Shown piece by piece: positions 24,022 through 36,024 of a stretch of 64,000 nt of DNA. The notes beneath the pieces are model-generated. The model saw nothing but the letters and a program-made list of their open reading frames with translations, searched no databases and was not told where the DNA came from. The stretch comes from Azolla caroliniana (lineage: Eukaryota; Plantae; Polypodiophyta). The translations under genes and the position numbers were made by a program. The stretch's first letter is position 1, and the number at the start of each line of letters is the position of its first letter. The stretch is from the NCBI GenBank assembly GCA_043228905.1, contig JBHGNT010000002.1, positions 10,230,001 to 10,294,000 of the forward strand, in the 5' to 3' direction.

Positions 24022-24477
24022 TGTTGTCCAGAGGACAGAAATGTAAAATGAGGGAATTAGCAAACGCTGAGTCTGAGTATCACGGGCCACCGACGGCTCG
24101 GCTGTGTATTAGGGGAAAAGTTATTTAAACGAGGACCAGTACCTCAGAGAAAGAGAGAAGAAAAATATAGGCGGAAGCACTAGCTTAGTCCCTCGTAACT
24201 AGATAAACTTATAAGGTCACCGGCCATAGGCCGTGTTCTGTAATCTTTTCTGTCATAGTAATATATCTGATTTGTGCCCATTTTGCTCCATGAGTCTGTG
24301 CTTTGATCCATACCTATGAGTTCAACGCAGCCCACGCCTATCAAGACCTCGCTAGTGTTTTCTCTCTGAGCCCTGTCTCTCTCTCGACGCCTCTGTTACG
24401 AGCCTTCACGTACCATGCCCTTGAATACCGATAGCCGCAGATCTATCGAAGGTGTTCACCCAAAGGAGCAGGTAACA
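24022..24477 (+). repeat. 3' LTR of Gypsy D
   Basis: Direct repeat of 15120-15575. Confidence 0.95.
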
Positions 24478-25300
24478 GTAAGACTCCGATACCAAGATGG
24501 CTCCAGCATGGTGGAGCACATGAATGGCTTCCAGGGGCTGATCCACCAGGCAACATCATTGGAAGTACCTCTCACCGATGAGGTACTAGCACTGCTCCTG
24601 CTCGGTTCCCTCCCAGATAGTTGGGAGACGTTAGTTGTCACTTTGGGCAACGCCGGTCCAGAAGGGAAACGGTTATCCCTAGCAAGAGTGAAGTCGAGCT
24701 TGCTAGATGAGGAGGCGCGTCGGAAAGACAAGGATACGAGCTCCGAGTCCAAAGCGCTCCTTACCGAATCGGAATGCGGAAGACAAAGGAACCATAGTGC
24801 CTAGAACCGGGAAAAGTCGGGGACACGGTCAAAGTCAAGGGGGAGGCCTACTTGCTTCTATTGCGGCAAGCCGGGACACTTCCAGAAGAACTGTCAGCAC
24901 GGAAATTGACGGTACCGATTCGAAGCGGACACTAGACTGGAATGGTAAAGACCGGAGAGGACCGGACCAGAAGGGAACGACGGCAATCGCGGCAAGTGAA
25001 GAAGAGTTGATGCTCATCACCGAGGAGAGTGAGTTGAACCTTGCCGGCGATGAGACAATGTGGGTTGTCGATTCCGGAGCGTTGTTCCACCTTACCCCGG
25101 ACCGGAAATGCTTCTCATCCTACACAGCCGGTGATCATGGTTGTGTCCGGATGGGGAATGAAGGTACATGCTGAATTGTCGTCATAGGAGACGTGTGGTT
25201 GACAACACCAACCGGATGGAAGCTGCTGCTAAAGGATGTCTGACACGTTCCGGAGGTTCGACTGAACCTGATATCAGCCGGTCGGCTAGATGATGAAGTT

Positions 25301-27173
25301 TAGACGTCGTGTTCAACGAGTCGGTTATGCATAAAATGGCCGAAAGGCCTATTGAAGTCCAAAGGGTAATATTTTCCGAAGTGCCAACTCTTCATGACGG
25401 CCCAACCCACAACACAAGATCGGTCTCACGGGTAACCAACAACTCTCGCACCGAATCCACCGATTCGGTAGAGCCGAATGGCTCGGCTCCCGACCATCCG
25501 ACATTAACACCCGGTGTGACTAGTTCAGTCATACCTCGCAGATCCGAGAGACTGTCGCAACCTCCGGAGAGGTACTCTCCCAGAATTTTCTTTACCGACG
25601 CCGGCGAACCGACGTCCTACGAAGAAGCATCGGCATCTACCGATTCAACCCCATGGCATCTGGCGATGGAGTCGGAAATGCACTCCATTCGGGCAAACAA
25701 GACTTGGGACTTGGTCGAATTACTGAAGATGGTCCGTGTAAGTGGGTCTATTGACTAAAAGAGACGTCTGACTCAACCACCCCAAAGTACAAGGCTAGAT
25801 TAGTTGCGAAGGGATTTTGACAAGAATATGGTGTCGACTTCGACGAAATCTTTTCACCAGTGGTGAAAATGACGACCCTTCGTTTCATGCTCGGCGTCGT
25901 GGCCGCCGACAACTTGGAGCTGATTCAGCTAGATGTAAAAACAACATTCCTCCACGGTGACCTACAGGCGGAAATCTATATGGAGTAGCCGAAAGGCTTT
26001 GTGGCATCCGGCCAGGAACATCTAGTCTGCCGACTCAGGAAGAGTTTATACGGCCTGAAATAGGCACCCCGACAGTGGTACAAGAAGTTCGACGACTTCA
26101 TCCAGTCGGTCGGCTTCTCCAAGAGCGATGAGGACCATTGTCTCTTCACCAAAACAACTCAAGATGGGTCTCTCGTCTTCCTCATCATCTACGTGGACGA
26201 AATTCTACTCTCCGGTCGGCATGCCGGAGAGCTCACCGAACTCGTTCGGCAACTGTGGTTGAAGTTTGCCATGAAGGACCTCGGTCCGGCAAGACACATA
26301 CTTGGTATGAAGATTAGTCGGCATTGCGATACACAACAACTTTTCTTGTCTCAAACCGACTACATCGGGCGTGTCCTGGAACGCTTCAACATGCACTCGG
26401 CCAAGTCTGCTTCAACCGCGCTCCCCATCAACCTTTGGCTATCTCAGCGAGACTGCCCGACATCCGATCCGGAGAGGGAAGATATGAAGTCAGTACCGTA
26501 TGCACCAACAGTCAGCTCCCTCATGTACGCGATGGTCGTGACATGACCTGATATTTCTCACGCCGTAGGAGTCGTCAGCAGATTCATGCACAACCCCGGC
26601 CGATCACACTGGAATGCAGTCAAGCATGTGTTCAGATATCTAGCTGGCACAAAAGACCATGGCATTCTTTTCGGCCTGAACTCAACCTCAGGCGTAGTCG
26701 GTTACACCGACTTGGACTTCGTCGGCTGTGTGGACAGTCGGAAATCAACAACCGGATATTGTTTCAAATTCGGCAATGGAGCAATCTCGTGGAAGTCAAA
26801 ACTTCAGTAGTCCACAACCACGTCAACGACCGAAGCGGAATATGTAGCTGCGTCCGACGCGGCAAAAGAAGCTTTATGGGTCGGCCGGCTGGCGCACACG
26901 TTTCGATAGGTCGACTCCGACTCGGCTCCAATTGTCTACAACGACAATCAAGATGTTGTTGCCTTGTCAAAAAATCCGGTTCACCACAACGCCTCTAAGC
27001 ATATCGATGTTCGATATCATTGCGTTCAGGATTGCGTCATCTCAGGGAAAATCGGTCTTGAGAAGACATCCACAACCGATAATGTCGCCGATGGAATGAC
27101 CAAGTGTATTTCGGTGGATCGTTTCCGGTCCTTTCGGCGCCAGATGGGCGTAATGAAAAATCGGTCTGATTAA
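25301..27173 (+). pseudogene. Copia integrase C-tail, RT and RNase H (integrase core deleted)
   Basis: DVVFNE, YKARLVAKG, QLDVKTTFLHG, SLYGLK*APRQW, YVDE, DSRKSTTGY, SKHIDVRYH; stops present. Confidence 0.9.
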
Positions 27174-27372
27174 AGTCGGACACACAACACAGGATGGTTT
27201 CAGACCACCGACATCGGTTCTCTGAGGATCGGCTTCAGCTCTTCCGACCCGACCGATTCGGTCCTCTGTCTTCGGATCTTGCCGACTCTGACAAAACCGA
27301 TCTGTCCGATAAACCTTGTACATATACCTGTAATTATTTAGATAACCCATGTATACGCCCATTATGGGGGAG

Positions 27373-27563
27373 TGTCGAATACGAGTGTATAATGGCCGTA
27401 TTCACACTGTCCCTTTGGACAACCCAAGTTCAGGCTATTTCTGTAAATAGCATAAAGGGCAATTGCCCTAGGATAGTCACTATATAAAGTGACTTTGTAA
27501 CCTTTAGAAAAGGTTGGTTGTCATTTGTAACCGCTGCTATTGGAATATATAGTTTACTTTGTG

Positions 27564-27608
<45 letters not shown>

Positions 27609-27689
27609 CGATCTTGCTCGCGCATACACAGGTTCTTCTTCATCACGAATGTTGCTTGCACTTCCGCATTGACGGCCTTGTCCCCAACA
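27373..27689 (+). repeat. Unpaired LTR (B') of a different Copia, after PPT ATGGGGGAG
   Basis: TGTCGAATAC...CCCCAACA; TATATAAA and (CT)n tract; no second copy in the window. Confidence 0.7.
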
Positions 27690-28289
27690 CCCAGCAACGG
27701 AAGACTCGGTGAGAACCAGATGTGGAGTACACGGCAACGGAAGACCCGGTGAGAACCGGATGACGAGTACCCGACAACGGAAGACCCGGTGAGAACTGGA
27801 TGTTGCAGGCCCGGTGAGAACCTCTCACCGGATGAAGGCACATATATGTAGATATGTTTCTGAGAGCCCATTGGGGCTATATCTGTAAATAGTCCTAATT
27901 TCATATTAGTATAAATGTGACCTAGGGCAAACAATTTTTTTGATTATAGTTACTGTTATTATCTTTGTATAGTGTAATTGGTGTAACGACTGTACTAAGA
28001 GAGGGAGAGAGCGATACAAAGCATGTCTCTGTTGTAACCGCTGCCAGGTGAAGATTGTGAGCAAGAGGTCATTGCCTTTGTGCTCCTTGTTGTACTCCTT
28101 GACATAGTGATAGTTTGGAGTCTGTGAACTCCCGTGGTTTTTCCCTCTCAGGGTTTTCTACGTTAACATCCTGTGTATTCTCTTTCTGTTTGTGTACTTA
28201 CCTCCATTCCCATTTCTTCTGTGTTTGATTGTCATCAAGTGATCTACGGTTCGGTTGTTGCCGGAGATTATTCTGCATATTTCTCGTCA
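27690..28289 (+). repeat. 5'-truncated 3' LTR of Copia B
   Basis: Matches 7263-7332 plus 14234-14766; followed by TSD AATTC. Confidence 0.88.
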
Positions 28290-30999
28290 AATTCAACGGA
28301 TATCTGCAACAGATGGGAATTCGACACGAATTGAGTTGTAGATACACGCTAGGGCAAAACGGTGTGGCCGAGAGGAAGAACCGGTCAATTGTAGAAGCGG
28401 CATGGGAATGTTGGAGGAAAAGAGCTTGCCCAAGTTCTATTAGGCCGAGGCGGTACGAACCACGGTATACATCCAGAATCGGATCGGAGACAAAGTGTCG
28501 GCGCATGAGCAGTATTTCGGAAGGAAGCGGAATCTACGACACTTGAGAGTTTTTGGTAGCATTGCGTATGTGCATGTGCTGAAGGAGAAATGGAGGAAGT
28601 TGAACGCGAAAACCAAGAAGTGTATTTTGGTCAGCTACTCAGACAAGCAGAAGGGTTATAAGTGTTATAACCCTCGCACCAAACAAGCGCGCGTGAGCCG
28701 CGACGTTGTGTTTGACAAGTCCACGTCCTGGTACTTGCCTCCGACTCCGGACCTCATCTCCAATCCTAGTTCTGACGATGAGGTCAACGAAGCCGAGATG
28801 CCTCCGGATGAGCCTGAAATCGGGACCCGCGAAGAGAGTCCGATTTCGTTTCGGTTAAGCGGACCGAATGGATAACTGTCGGTTTGACCAGTCTGATGAA
28901 GAGTTGGTGAGTAGTGGAGACTCGACTGTGCATTCGCCGTATAGGAAGCTGAGGAGACAGCTTACGCGCAAAGAAAAAGGGAAGAAGAAGGTGTCGGATT
29001 ACGGCACGGATAGGAACGAGTCGGATCAACGTGAGTCCGACTCCGAGGGAAGTGACGACGGGTCTTCGAGATCGAAGTCTGTGTCGGCCAAGAAAGCCTT
29101 AACTTCGGCTAATGAGCAATTATGCCGATCAACCCGCCAAAAGAACCCTGTTGTGCGGTTCGGTTACAACGAGTACATGGCGCATCACTATGTGTACATG
29201 ACGCGTGTAGTGGAAGTGCATGAGCTAGAGAGCTACGCAGAAGCGGCAAAGGACGCAAATTGGCGTGCCGCAATGGAGGAAGAGATGCGCACATTAGCGG
29301 AGAATGAAACCTGGGACCTAGTTGATGCACTGAAAGGTGTGAAACCGATCGGATGTAGGTGGGTGTACAAGGTCAAGTACAACACTGACGGTTTGGTCAA
29401 CCGATACAAGGCCCGGTTAGTTGCGAAAGGCTACGCTTAGAAACACGGCATCGACTACGATGAGATGTTTGCACCGGTCGCGAAGATGTTGACTATCCGT
29501 GTTTTTCTACATCAAATGGATGTAAAGAACGCGTTCCTGCAAGGTGATCTTGAGGAACAGATGTACATGGTACAACCCCTCGTTTTTCACTCCGGAACGA
29601 ACACTTCAGCGGTGTGCCGATTGAAGAAGTCCCTTTACGGACTAAAGCAAGCCCCACGTGCCTGGAACGGGAAGATCACGCAACGATTGCGTCGGTTGGG
29701 CTTTGCAATGTCAAAATCGGACTCCTCACTATTCATCCGGAAAGGTCAACTCAGGCCGGTTAGCATTTTACTTTATGTTGATGACTTGGTCATCACTGGC
29801 GCTGACCTAGGTGAGATTGACCGCATAAAGCTCCAACTCGTGGCATCATTTGACATGAAGGATCTGGGGGACCTTCATTACTTCCTCGGGATCGAAGTGA
29901 TCCGCACCCCCGAAGGCATATTGATCAGCCAACGTCATTACGCGCTGAATATGCTCTTCAAGTTCGGGATGGCAAACTGTAAGCCCATCTCGACCCCTCT
30001 GGATAGAAACGCAAAGCTTCACTGAGATTCAGGAAAGGCGTGCGACCCTACACGGTTCCGTTAGATTGTCGGCAACCTTATCTATCTGACGATTACTCGG
30101 CCAGATCTTAGTTATCCGGTCAGCCTAATCAGTCAATTCATTTCGCAGCCTACGGTCGAACACTTTCAATGCGCGCAAAGGATACTACATTATGTTAGTG
30201 GCACGAAAGACATGGCGTTGTTTATCGGGCAGGTGTAGCCGAACAATTAGTCGGCTACACGGATGTCGATTGGGTCGAAAACGCCCACGATCGTAGATCC
30301 ACATCTGGATACACATTCTCTCTAGGAAGTACGGCGATCGCATGGAGCAGCAAAAAGCAGTCGATAGTAGCACTGTCGAGCACGGAGGCCGAATATCGAG
30401 GGGCGACTATCGCTACGTGCGAAGTCATTTGGCTGAAACGGCTATTACGGGATCTGCAGGTAGAGGTGTCTGATCTGACGATGATCTTTTGTGACAACCT
30501 CAGCAGTATCCACCTTACGAAAAACCCCGTGTTCCACGCCCGGACCAAGCAGATTGAAGTGCATTACCATTTTGTCCGCGAGCGGGTCCTTTTAGGAGAA
30601 GTCGAACGAGCGTATGTTCTGAAAGATCGGCAGGTTGCCGACATCTTCACCAAGCCTCTTGGTCTCGACAAGTTATGGGATTTCTCAGGTGAGCTAGGGT
30701 TGCATCATCTCGACACGCCGAACTTGAGGGGGAGAAAGGAAGACAAACAGGAACAAGAGCATGAAAGGTGTGGAGGTGTTCATCACGGCGGAAGTGACCG
30801 TGACGCTAAATCGGATGAAGAATTCAATTTCGGGCCGGCTGAAGAAGCCGAAGAAAAGAGCAAGGGTGAGAAGACCAGAAATGAGTTGGAGATAGCCAAC
30901 TCGGACGAGAGCGAAAACCGATCGGAGGAAGCCGAGTCAGTTCGGATGTTTGATTCGAATACACTGAATCAACCAAGGGCCAAGCGGGAGAGAAGGTAG
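28290..30999 (+). pseudogene. Copia A integrase C-half, RT, RNase H and C-terminal extension
   Basis: QNGVAERKNRS, LRVFGSIAYVH, RYKARLVAKGY, QMDVKNAFLQG, LLYVDDLVI, HARTKQIEVHYHFVRE. Confidence 0.92.
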
Positions 31000-31173
31000 C
31001 AGAAGAGGTGCCAACACCGCAATAGCAAGGAAGTTGAGAAGGGCCATGTAAGCAGACAAGCCGATTGGAAGGGTCGAGGCATGTGGAATCAACCGGGTCG
31101 AGGAGCGTGAGCGAGGCCTGAAGCCATAAGGAACTGAAGCGTAGATTCAGCGGAGCAAGTGGAACCTCAAGTT

Positions 31174-31188
31174 GAGCTTGAGGGGGAG
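31174..31188 (+). promoter_or_regulatory. Polypurine tract of Copia A
   Basis: GAGCTTGAGGGGGAG directly before the 3' LTR. Confidence 0.85.
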
Positions 31189-31663
31189 TGTTGAGAGACA
31201 AGCTCAACATTCGTGCGTAATACGATGCGTAACCCAGTGCGTAGACGGGATGTGTACATCGGTATGCACAACATGGCAGGATCGGCTGTGCAAGCTGAGA
31301 ACCGGATCAGTTAGGCTGGACCGATGCGTAAATCGGTATGCATAACATGGCCGTATCGGTGCGTAAACCGGAAGGCCGTTACGAAGATATTCCTCGTAAG
31401 GAATAATTTTGGGAGTTAGCGTAGTAGGATCATTTATGAGCGGTCAAGTACAGTTAGTACTTGTGTCAGCCCTATTGTCAGGGCTTGTATAAAAGGTGCT
31501 CACTAAGCACGGTGTATGTATAGATTGAGTATTATTTTTGAATTCAGTTTCTGTGTGTTCTTTCTCTTTGTCTCTCCTGCGTACTATGTACATTCTGAGC
31601 TCTCCATTAAACCTGTGTTTCTGAGTTTGCTTATCTATTGCTTCCGCACGCTATTCTTTTACA
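31189..31663 (+). repeat. 3' LTR of Copia A
   Basis: Direct repeat of 4766-5262. Confidence 0.92.
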
Positions 31664-31797
31664 CGTTTGTCTACACTTCCGCATGAAACACTTTACATGG
31701 TATTAGAGCACGAGGGTTGAGAACATTTGTTGTCGACAACTTCTCGAATCAGACAAACCCTAATCACTGGTAAATAATAGAAGAGAGAAGAAAGATA

Positions 31798-34700
31798 TGG
31801 ACAGAAGCACGACAAGCTCGCTTCCTACAAAAAATTAAAATGCACCAGTACCTGATGGGGCACGGATATTGGAGCTACGTAGAAGGCGCAAATGTAGCAG
31901 TGCCAGATTCGGCACACAAGGACTTCCCGGCATGGGAACAAGGAGCGAGCAAAGTGTTGTATTGCCTCGCGTCCTGTGTGCATGACCAGATGCTCGGCTA
32001 CATCATAGACGCAAAGTCACCGACGGAGGCTTGGGAAAATCTCTAGAAGATTTTCATTGCAAGTACCACAACTTTGAAGTTGCAGCTCCGACAAGAGCTC
32101 AACAGTATCTGCCAACAAGACATGATAGTTACTAGCTACACCACCAAGATCAAGGAGATCTGCGACGTGCTCGGGTCTATCAATGTGACGGTGGATGACG
32201 CCGAGATGGTCCAGATCTGCCTCGGTGGTCTAGCATAATGGTACGGGCCACTCCGGATGGCGATTTGGACCCAAGAGAAGACACCATCCTTCTCCGACCT
32301 ACAGTAAATGATGATGGTCGAAGAAAACCACACGAGTGGGTCAAGGACCACTCTATCAGATTGTCAGATGTTGTACACAGAGGTGGATCAGCCCCGTGGG
32401 CATGGAGGACGAGGTGGGTCGGCACACAATAGTGGTGGCCGGGAGGAGCAGAACTAAAGGCACAGAGATAGTGCCGACAACAGTTCCGGACCCTCCTCTA
32501 GCAGGGGGAGTCAGATTGGTGCCGAAAACCGGCAAGGGAAGGTCGACACAGAATGTTGGTACTGTGGCAAGAAAGGCCACCGGGAGAGAGAGTTTTGGAA
32601 GGAGCACGTTGATTCGGATAAATCAGATCCAACAAGACCAGACAAGGGACCGGCAAAGCTCGCGCTACGGTGAAGGATTGGAAGGATCTGGGACTGGAAA
32701 AGGGCCAACCTTTGTGATGAAACACAGGGAAAACTTCATGAAGAAGAACAATTCCGGATAAGAGGAAGAGTGGTACATTGACTCCGGAGCGTCTAACCAC
32801 ATGACGAGTCACAAAGACTGGTTCTCGTTTCTAGAAAAGCTGGAGCAACCAGGAGTTGTCAAAACCAAAGAAGACACTCCTCATTTGATCGTGCATGTTG
32901 GAGAAGTTCCCTGAGTCATGTCGGACAAAAAGGGAAGCTTATGAACGTGCTTCATGTCCCGACAATCACAAAGAACCTAGTGTCGGTCAGGCAGATTGTT
33001 GACCAGGGGATGCATGTGTGGTTTACGAACCTCAGGTGCTTCATCTAAGAAGAGGGCCAATTCATCGCGCAAGTGTGTCGAGACGGGAGGATGTTCATCC
33101 TCAACACAAACGATGCCGACACTGCTTTATTTGCAAAGGGTCAAAAGGTTGAGTTGGATATCGACTTATGGCACAAGTGGATCGGCCACGACAACTACCA
33201 GAGGCTTCAAGATCTACAATCGAAACATGTGGATTTCGGATTGCCAAAATTCAGTGGAAGGAAGGCCCAAATTTGTGAAGCCTACAACTCAGGTAGCAGC
33301 ACCGGCTTCTGTTCCCCACCGAAAGAAACCAGAGCCGCAACGAGCTCGACTTGATACATTCAGATGTATGAGGACCGGTACAGAACGTTAGTCATGGCGG
33401 GGGCCGATATTTCATCCCCTTCATCGACGACTACAACCGACACACGTGGATCTATCTCATTGAGAAGAAGAGCGAAGTCTTCGACTGTTTCCGGAACCTA
33501 CAGAGCCTTGTCGAACAAGAAACAGAGAGAAAGATCAAGTGCCCGCGGTTGGATGGCGGAAACGAATACTTTTCCGGCCAATTCAATAGTTACTTGCAAC
33601 AGAAGGGAATTAAGTGAGAATTTAGTTGCAAATACACACCGGAACAAAATGGTGTGGCCGAAAGGAAGACCGGTCGAGTGTGGAGGCAGCACGGGCGATG
33701 CTGGAGGAGAAGAGCATGCCCAAGTTTTACTGGGCCGAGGCGGTTTGGACAGCTGTCTACATCCAAAACCAGATCAGGGATAATGTGTTAGTGCACGAGT
33801 TGCATTTCGGGTGGAAGCCAAATTTAAAGCACCTTAGGATATTCGGTAGCATAGCATATATGCATCTACCAGATGAGAAGCGGAAAACGCTAGATCCAAA
33901 GTCGAAAAAGTACATTTTAGTTAGCTGCTCTCATGAGCAGAAGGGGTACAAGTGCTACAAGCCCCGGAGTAAGCAAGCAGGAGTAAGCCGAGTTGTCAAA
34001 TTTTCCGAGTCGGCATCATGGTACACTCTACCGATTCCGACCTGATTCCGGAGGATGAGGCCAGTGAGCCTAAAACAATTCAGGAAGAAGAAGAAGAGTT
34101 TTGTACTCTAGACGAGAGTCCGATCTCATTTCGGCTGAGCGGCCCGAATGAGCGATTGAGTCGGAACGACCAGTCAGATGATGAGTCGGAGAGTAGTGGA
34201 GACTCAGTCGTGCTTTCCCCGTGCAAGGAACCGAGGAGACGGTTCACGCGCAAGGAAAAAGGGAAGAAGAAGATGCTGGAATACGACACCGACAGAGATG
34301 AGTCAGATCAACGCGAATCCGACTCGAGATATGACAAAGACGAACCTTTGAAGATGAAGGCCAAGCCAGCCAAGAGGGTCTTGAAACCAGCTAACGAGAA
34401 GTTATGCCGATCAACCCACTAGAAGAACCCCATTAAATGGTATGGGTATAATCAGTACATGGCACATCATTATGCGTACATGAGATTGGTGGCGGAATCG
34501 TGTGAGCCGGAGAGCTACGCAAAGACGGAAAAAGATACGAATTGGCGTGCCGCACTGGAGGAAGAGATGCAGGCACTTGACACCAATGACACATGGGATC
34601 TGGTTGACCCTCCCCAACACTACAAATCGATTGACTGCAAATGGGTGTTCAAGGTGAAATATAATGCTGACGGTTCGGTGAATTGGTATAAGGCCCGGTT

Positions 34701-35506
34701 AGTGGCCAAAGGATATGTGTAGACCCACGAAATCGATTACGACAAGATCTTCGCCCCGATAGCGAAGATGACAACGGTTCGTGTGGTGCTAGCAGTTGTT
34801 GCGGCAAGGGGGTGACAACTTCACCAAATGGATGTGAACAATGCATTTCTTCAAGGTGACCTTGAAGAACATGTCTACATGATCTAACCCCCCGGTTTTT
34901 AGTAAGAGATGAACAAGTCGGTAGTTTATCCACTCAAGAAGTCACTTCACGGCTTGCTTGGAATTCGAAAATCATGCACTGGTTGCGTAAGATGAGGTTT
35001 GCGGCCTCGAAATCTGAGCCTTCATTGTTCATCAGAAAAAGTCTGGTATGCATCTTGCTTGATGTGGATGATTTAGTCATCACCGGACCCGGATTCACTG
35101 AAATTGGCTGAGTGAAGTCCCAGTTGTCGGATGCATTCGAAATGAAGGACCTGGCACCTTCATCACTTCCTTGGGATCAAAGTGATGCACACCCCCGACA
35201 ACATATTGCTCTCACAGCGACATTATGTGCTCAATATGTTGTACAAGTTCGGCATGACTGGTTGCCAACCAGTGTCCACACCCCTCGACTAGAACATGAA
35301 GCTTCGTCCTGACTTCGGACTGGCCTGTGATGCGAAACGGTTTCTATCAAGCACTAAGGCTCTATCAAGCATTGAGGCTGAATATTGGGGTGCTACCATT
35401 GCCACCTGTGAAGCCATATGGCTTCGACGGCTTCTGCAAGACCTCCGGATTGAAGTCCGAAGTCCGATTCCGATCTACTGCGACAACCCGAGCAGCATAC
35501 AACTAG
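31798..35506 (+). pseudogene. Copia F gag-pol (same family as A), heavily degenerate; resumes at 55549-56010
   Basis: PBS TGGTATTAGAGC 31698-31709; HQYLMGHGYWSYV, WYIDSGASNHM, LWHKWIGH, FYWAEAV, WYKARLVAKGY, EAIWLRRLL; RNase H end RQVADIFTK after 55549. Confidence 0.88.
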
Positions 35507-35977
35507 TGTTACCGATTAGGAACACAGTCTTCAGTCAGTCCTTCGACCTAGACCTCAAGGTGACTGCGTTGCCATGAATGGTACAGTCATACCATAATAC
35601 GTAATGGGATATCTCTATGTATCCTAGTAGCGTATAAGAGAGACGGCTACAACCGAACTCCCTAGACAATGCACTAGTAACAACACTCATACTCACGCCT
35701 ACGCTTCTTACAATTGCAATACGCCACCAAGCATCACAAACACACAATAGATTAACCACAGATATGCACAGAGGATCAGAGAAGATAAAACTCTATTAAT
35801 ATATGCTCTATGCACCAAAACTTACACACTACCTCTTACAGAGGATTTCTGCCCTTTATATACACAGGGTCTTTTAGCCGTTCACGCTTCCCTCGTGACC
35901 CGTTACATACGTTATGTTTTTACTATATTCTATATTTCTGCGCTCCTGTCCATCGCTTACTATTCCGGCGGACAACA
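35507..35977 (-). repeat. 3' LTR of Gypsy E
   Basis: TGTTACCGAT...GGACAACA; direct repeat of 55078-55548. Confidence 0.93.
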
Positions 35978-35979
35978 CC

Positions 35980-35996
35980 TGGCACGCTTGTGGGAC
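35980..35996 (+). promoter_or_regulatory. Inverted PBS-like (tRNA-Arg) site at the PPT position of Gypsy E
   Basis: TGGCACGCTTGTGGGAC, 2 nt (CC) from the 3' LTR, antisense to the element; same arrangement as in D. Confidence 0.7.
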
Positions 35997-36024
35997 ATTG
36001 CCATGGCATGTCGGGCCCACCCCT

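Larger units (their letters stand above)
15120..24477 (+). mobile_element. Non-chromoviral Ty3/Gypsy (Athila/Tat-related) LTR retrotransposon D with 3' extra ORF
   Basis: Perfect TSD GTAAG (15115-15119, 24478-24482); near-identical LTRs 15120-15575 and 24022-24477; gag-PR-RT-RH-INT; no chromodomain seen. Confidence 0.95.
14797..25300 (+). pseudogene. Copia B gag-protease (14797-15119 and 24478-25300), split by Gypsy D
   Basis: LTGSNY*VWK..M, LLLGSLPDSWETLVVTL, CFYCGKPGHFQKNC, WVVDSGALFH; frame VFRKLV|RLRYQDG is restored on removing D. Confidence 0.85.
7146..28289 (+). mobile_element. Ty1/Copia LTR retrotransposon B (chimeric; nested in A integrase; contains C and D)
   Basis: Perfect 5-bp TSD AATTC at 7141-7145 and 28290-28294; LTR 7146-14766 (split by C) matches 27690-28289; A reading frame resumes after 28294. 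Confidence 0.88.
4766..31663 (+). mobile_element. Ty1/Copia LTR retrotransposon A (nested in F 5' LTR; interrupted by B)
   Basis: Two highly similar TG..CA LTRs (4766-5262, 31189-31663), PBS-iMet, gag-PR-INT-RT-RH order, PPT; flanks AGGTT/CGTTT are not an exact TSD. Confidence 0.9.

Noticed and set aside
35502-35506. TSD for elements E, A and C
   Set aside because: Flanks do not match exactly (E: ACTAG/AGAAC; A: AGGTT/CGTTT; C: ACAGG/TCGGA), so no TSD is claimed
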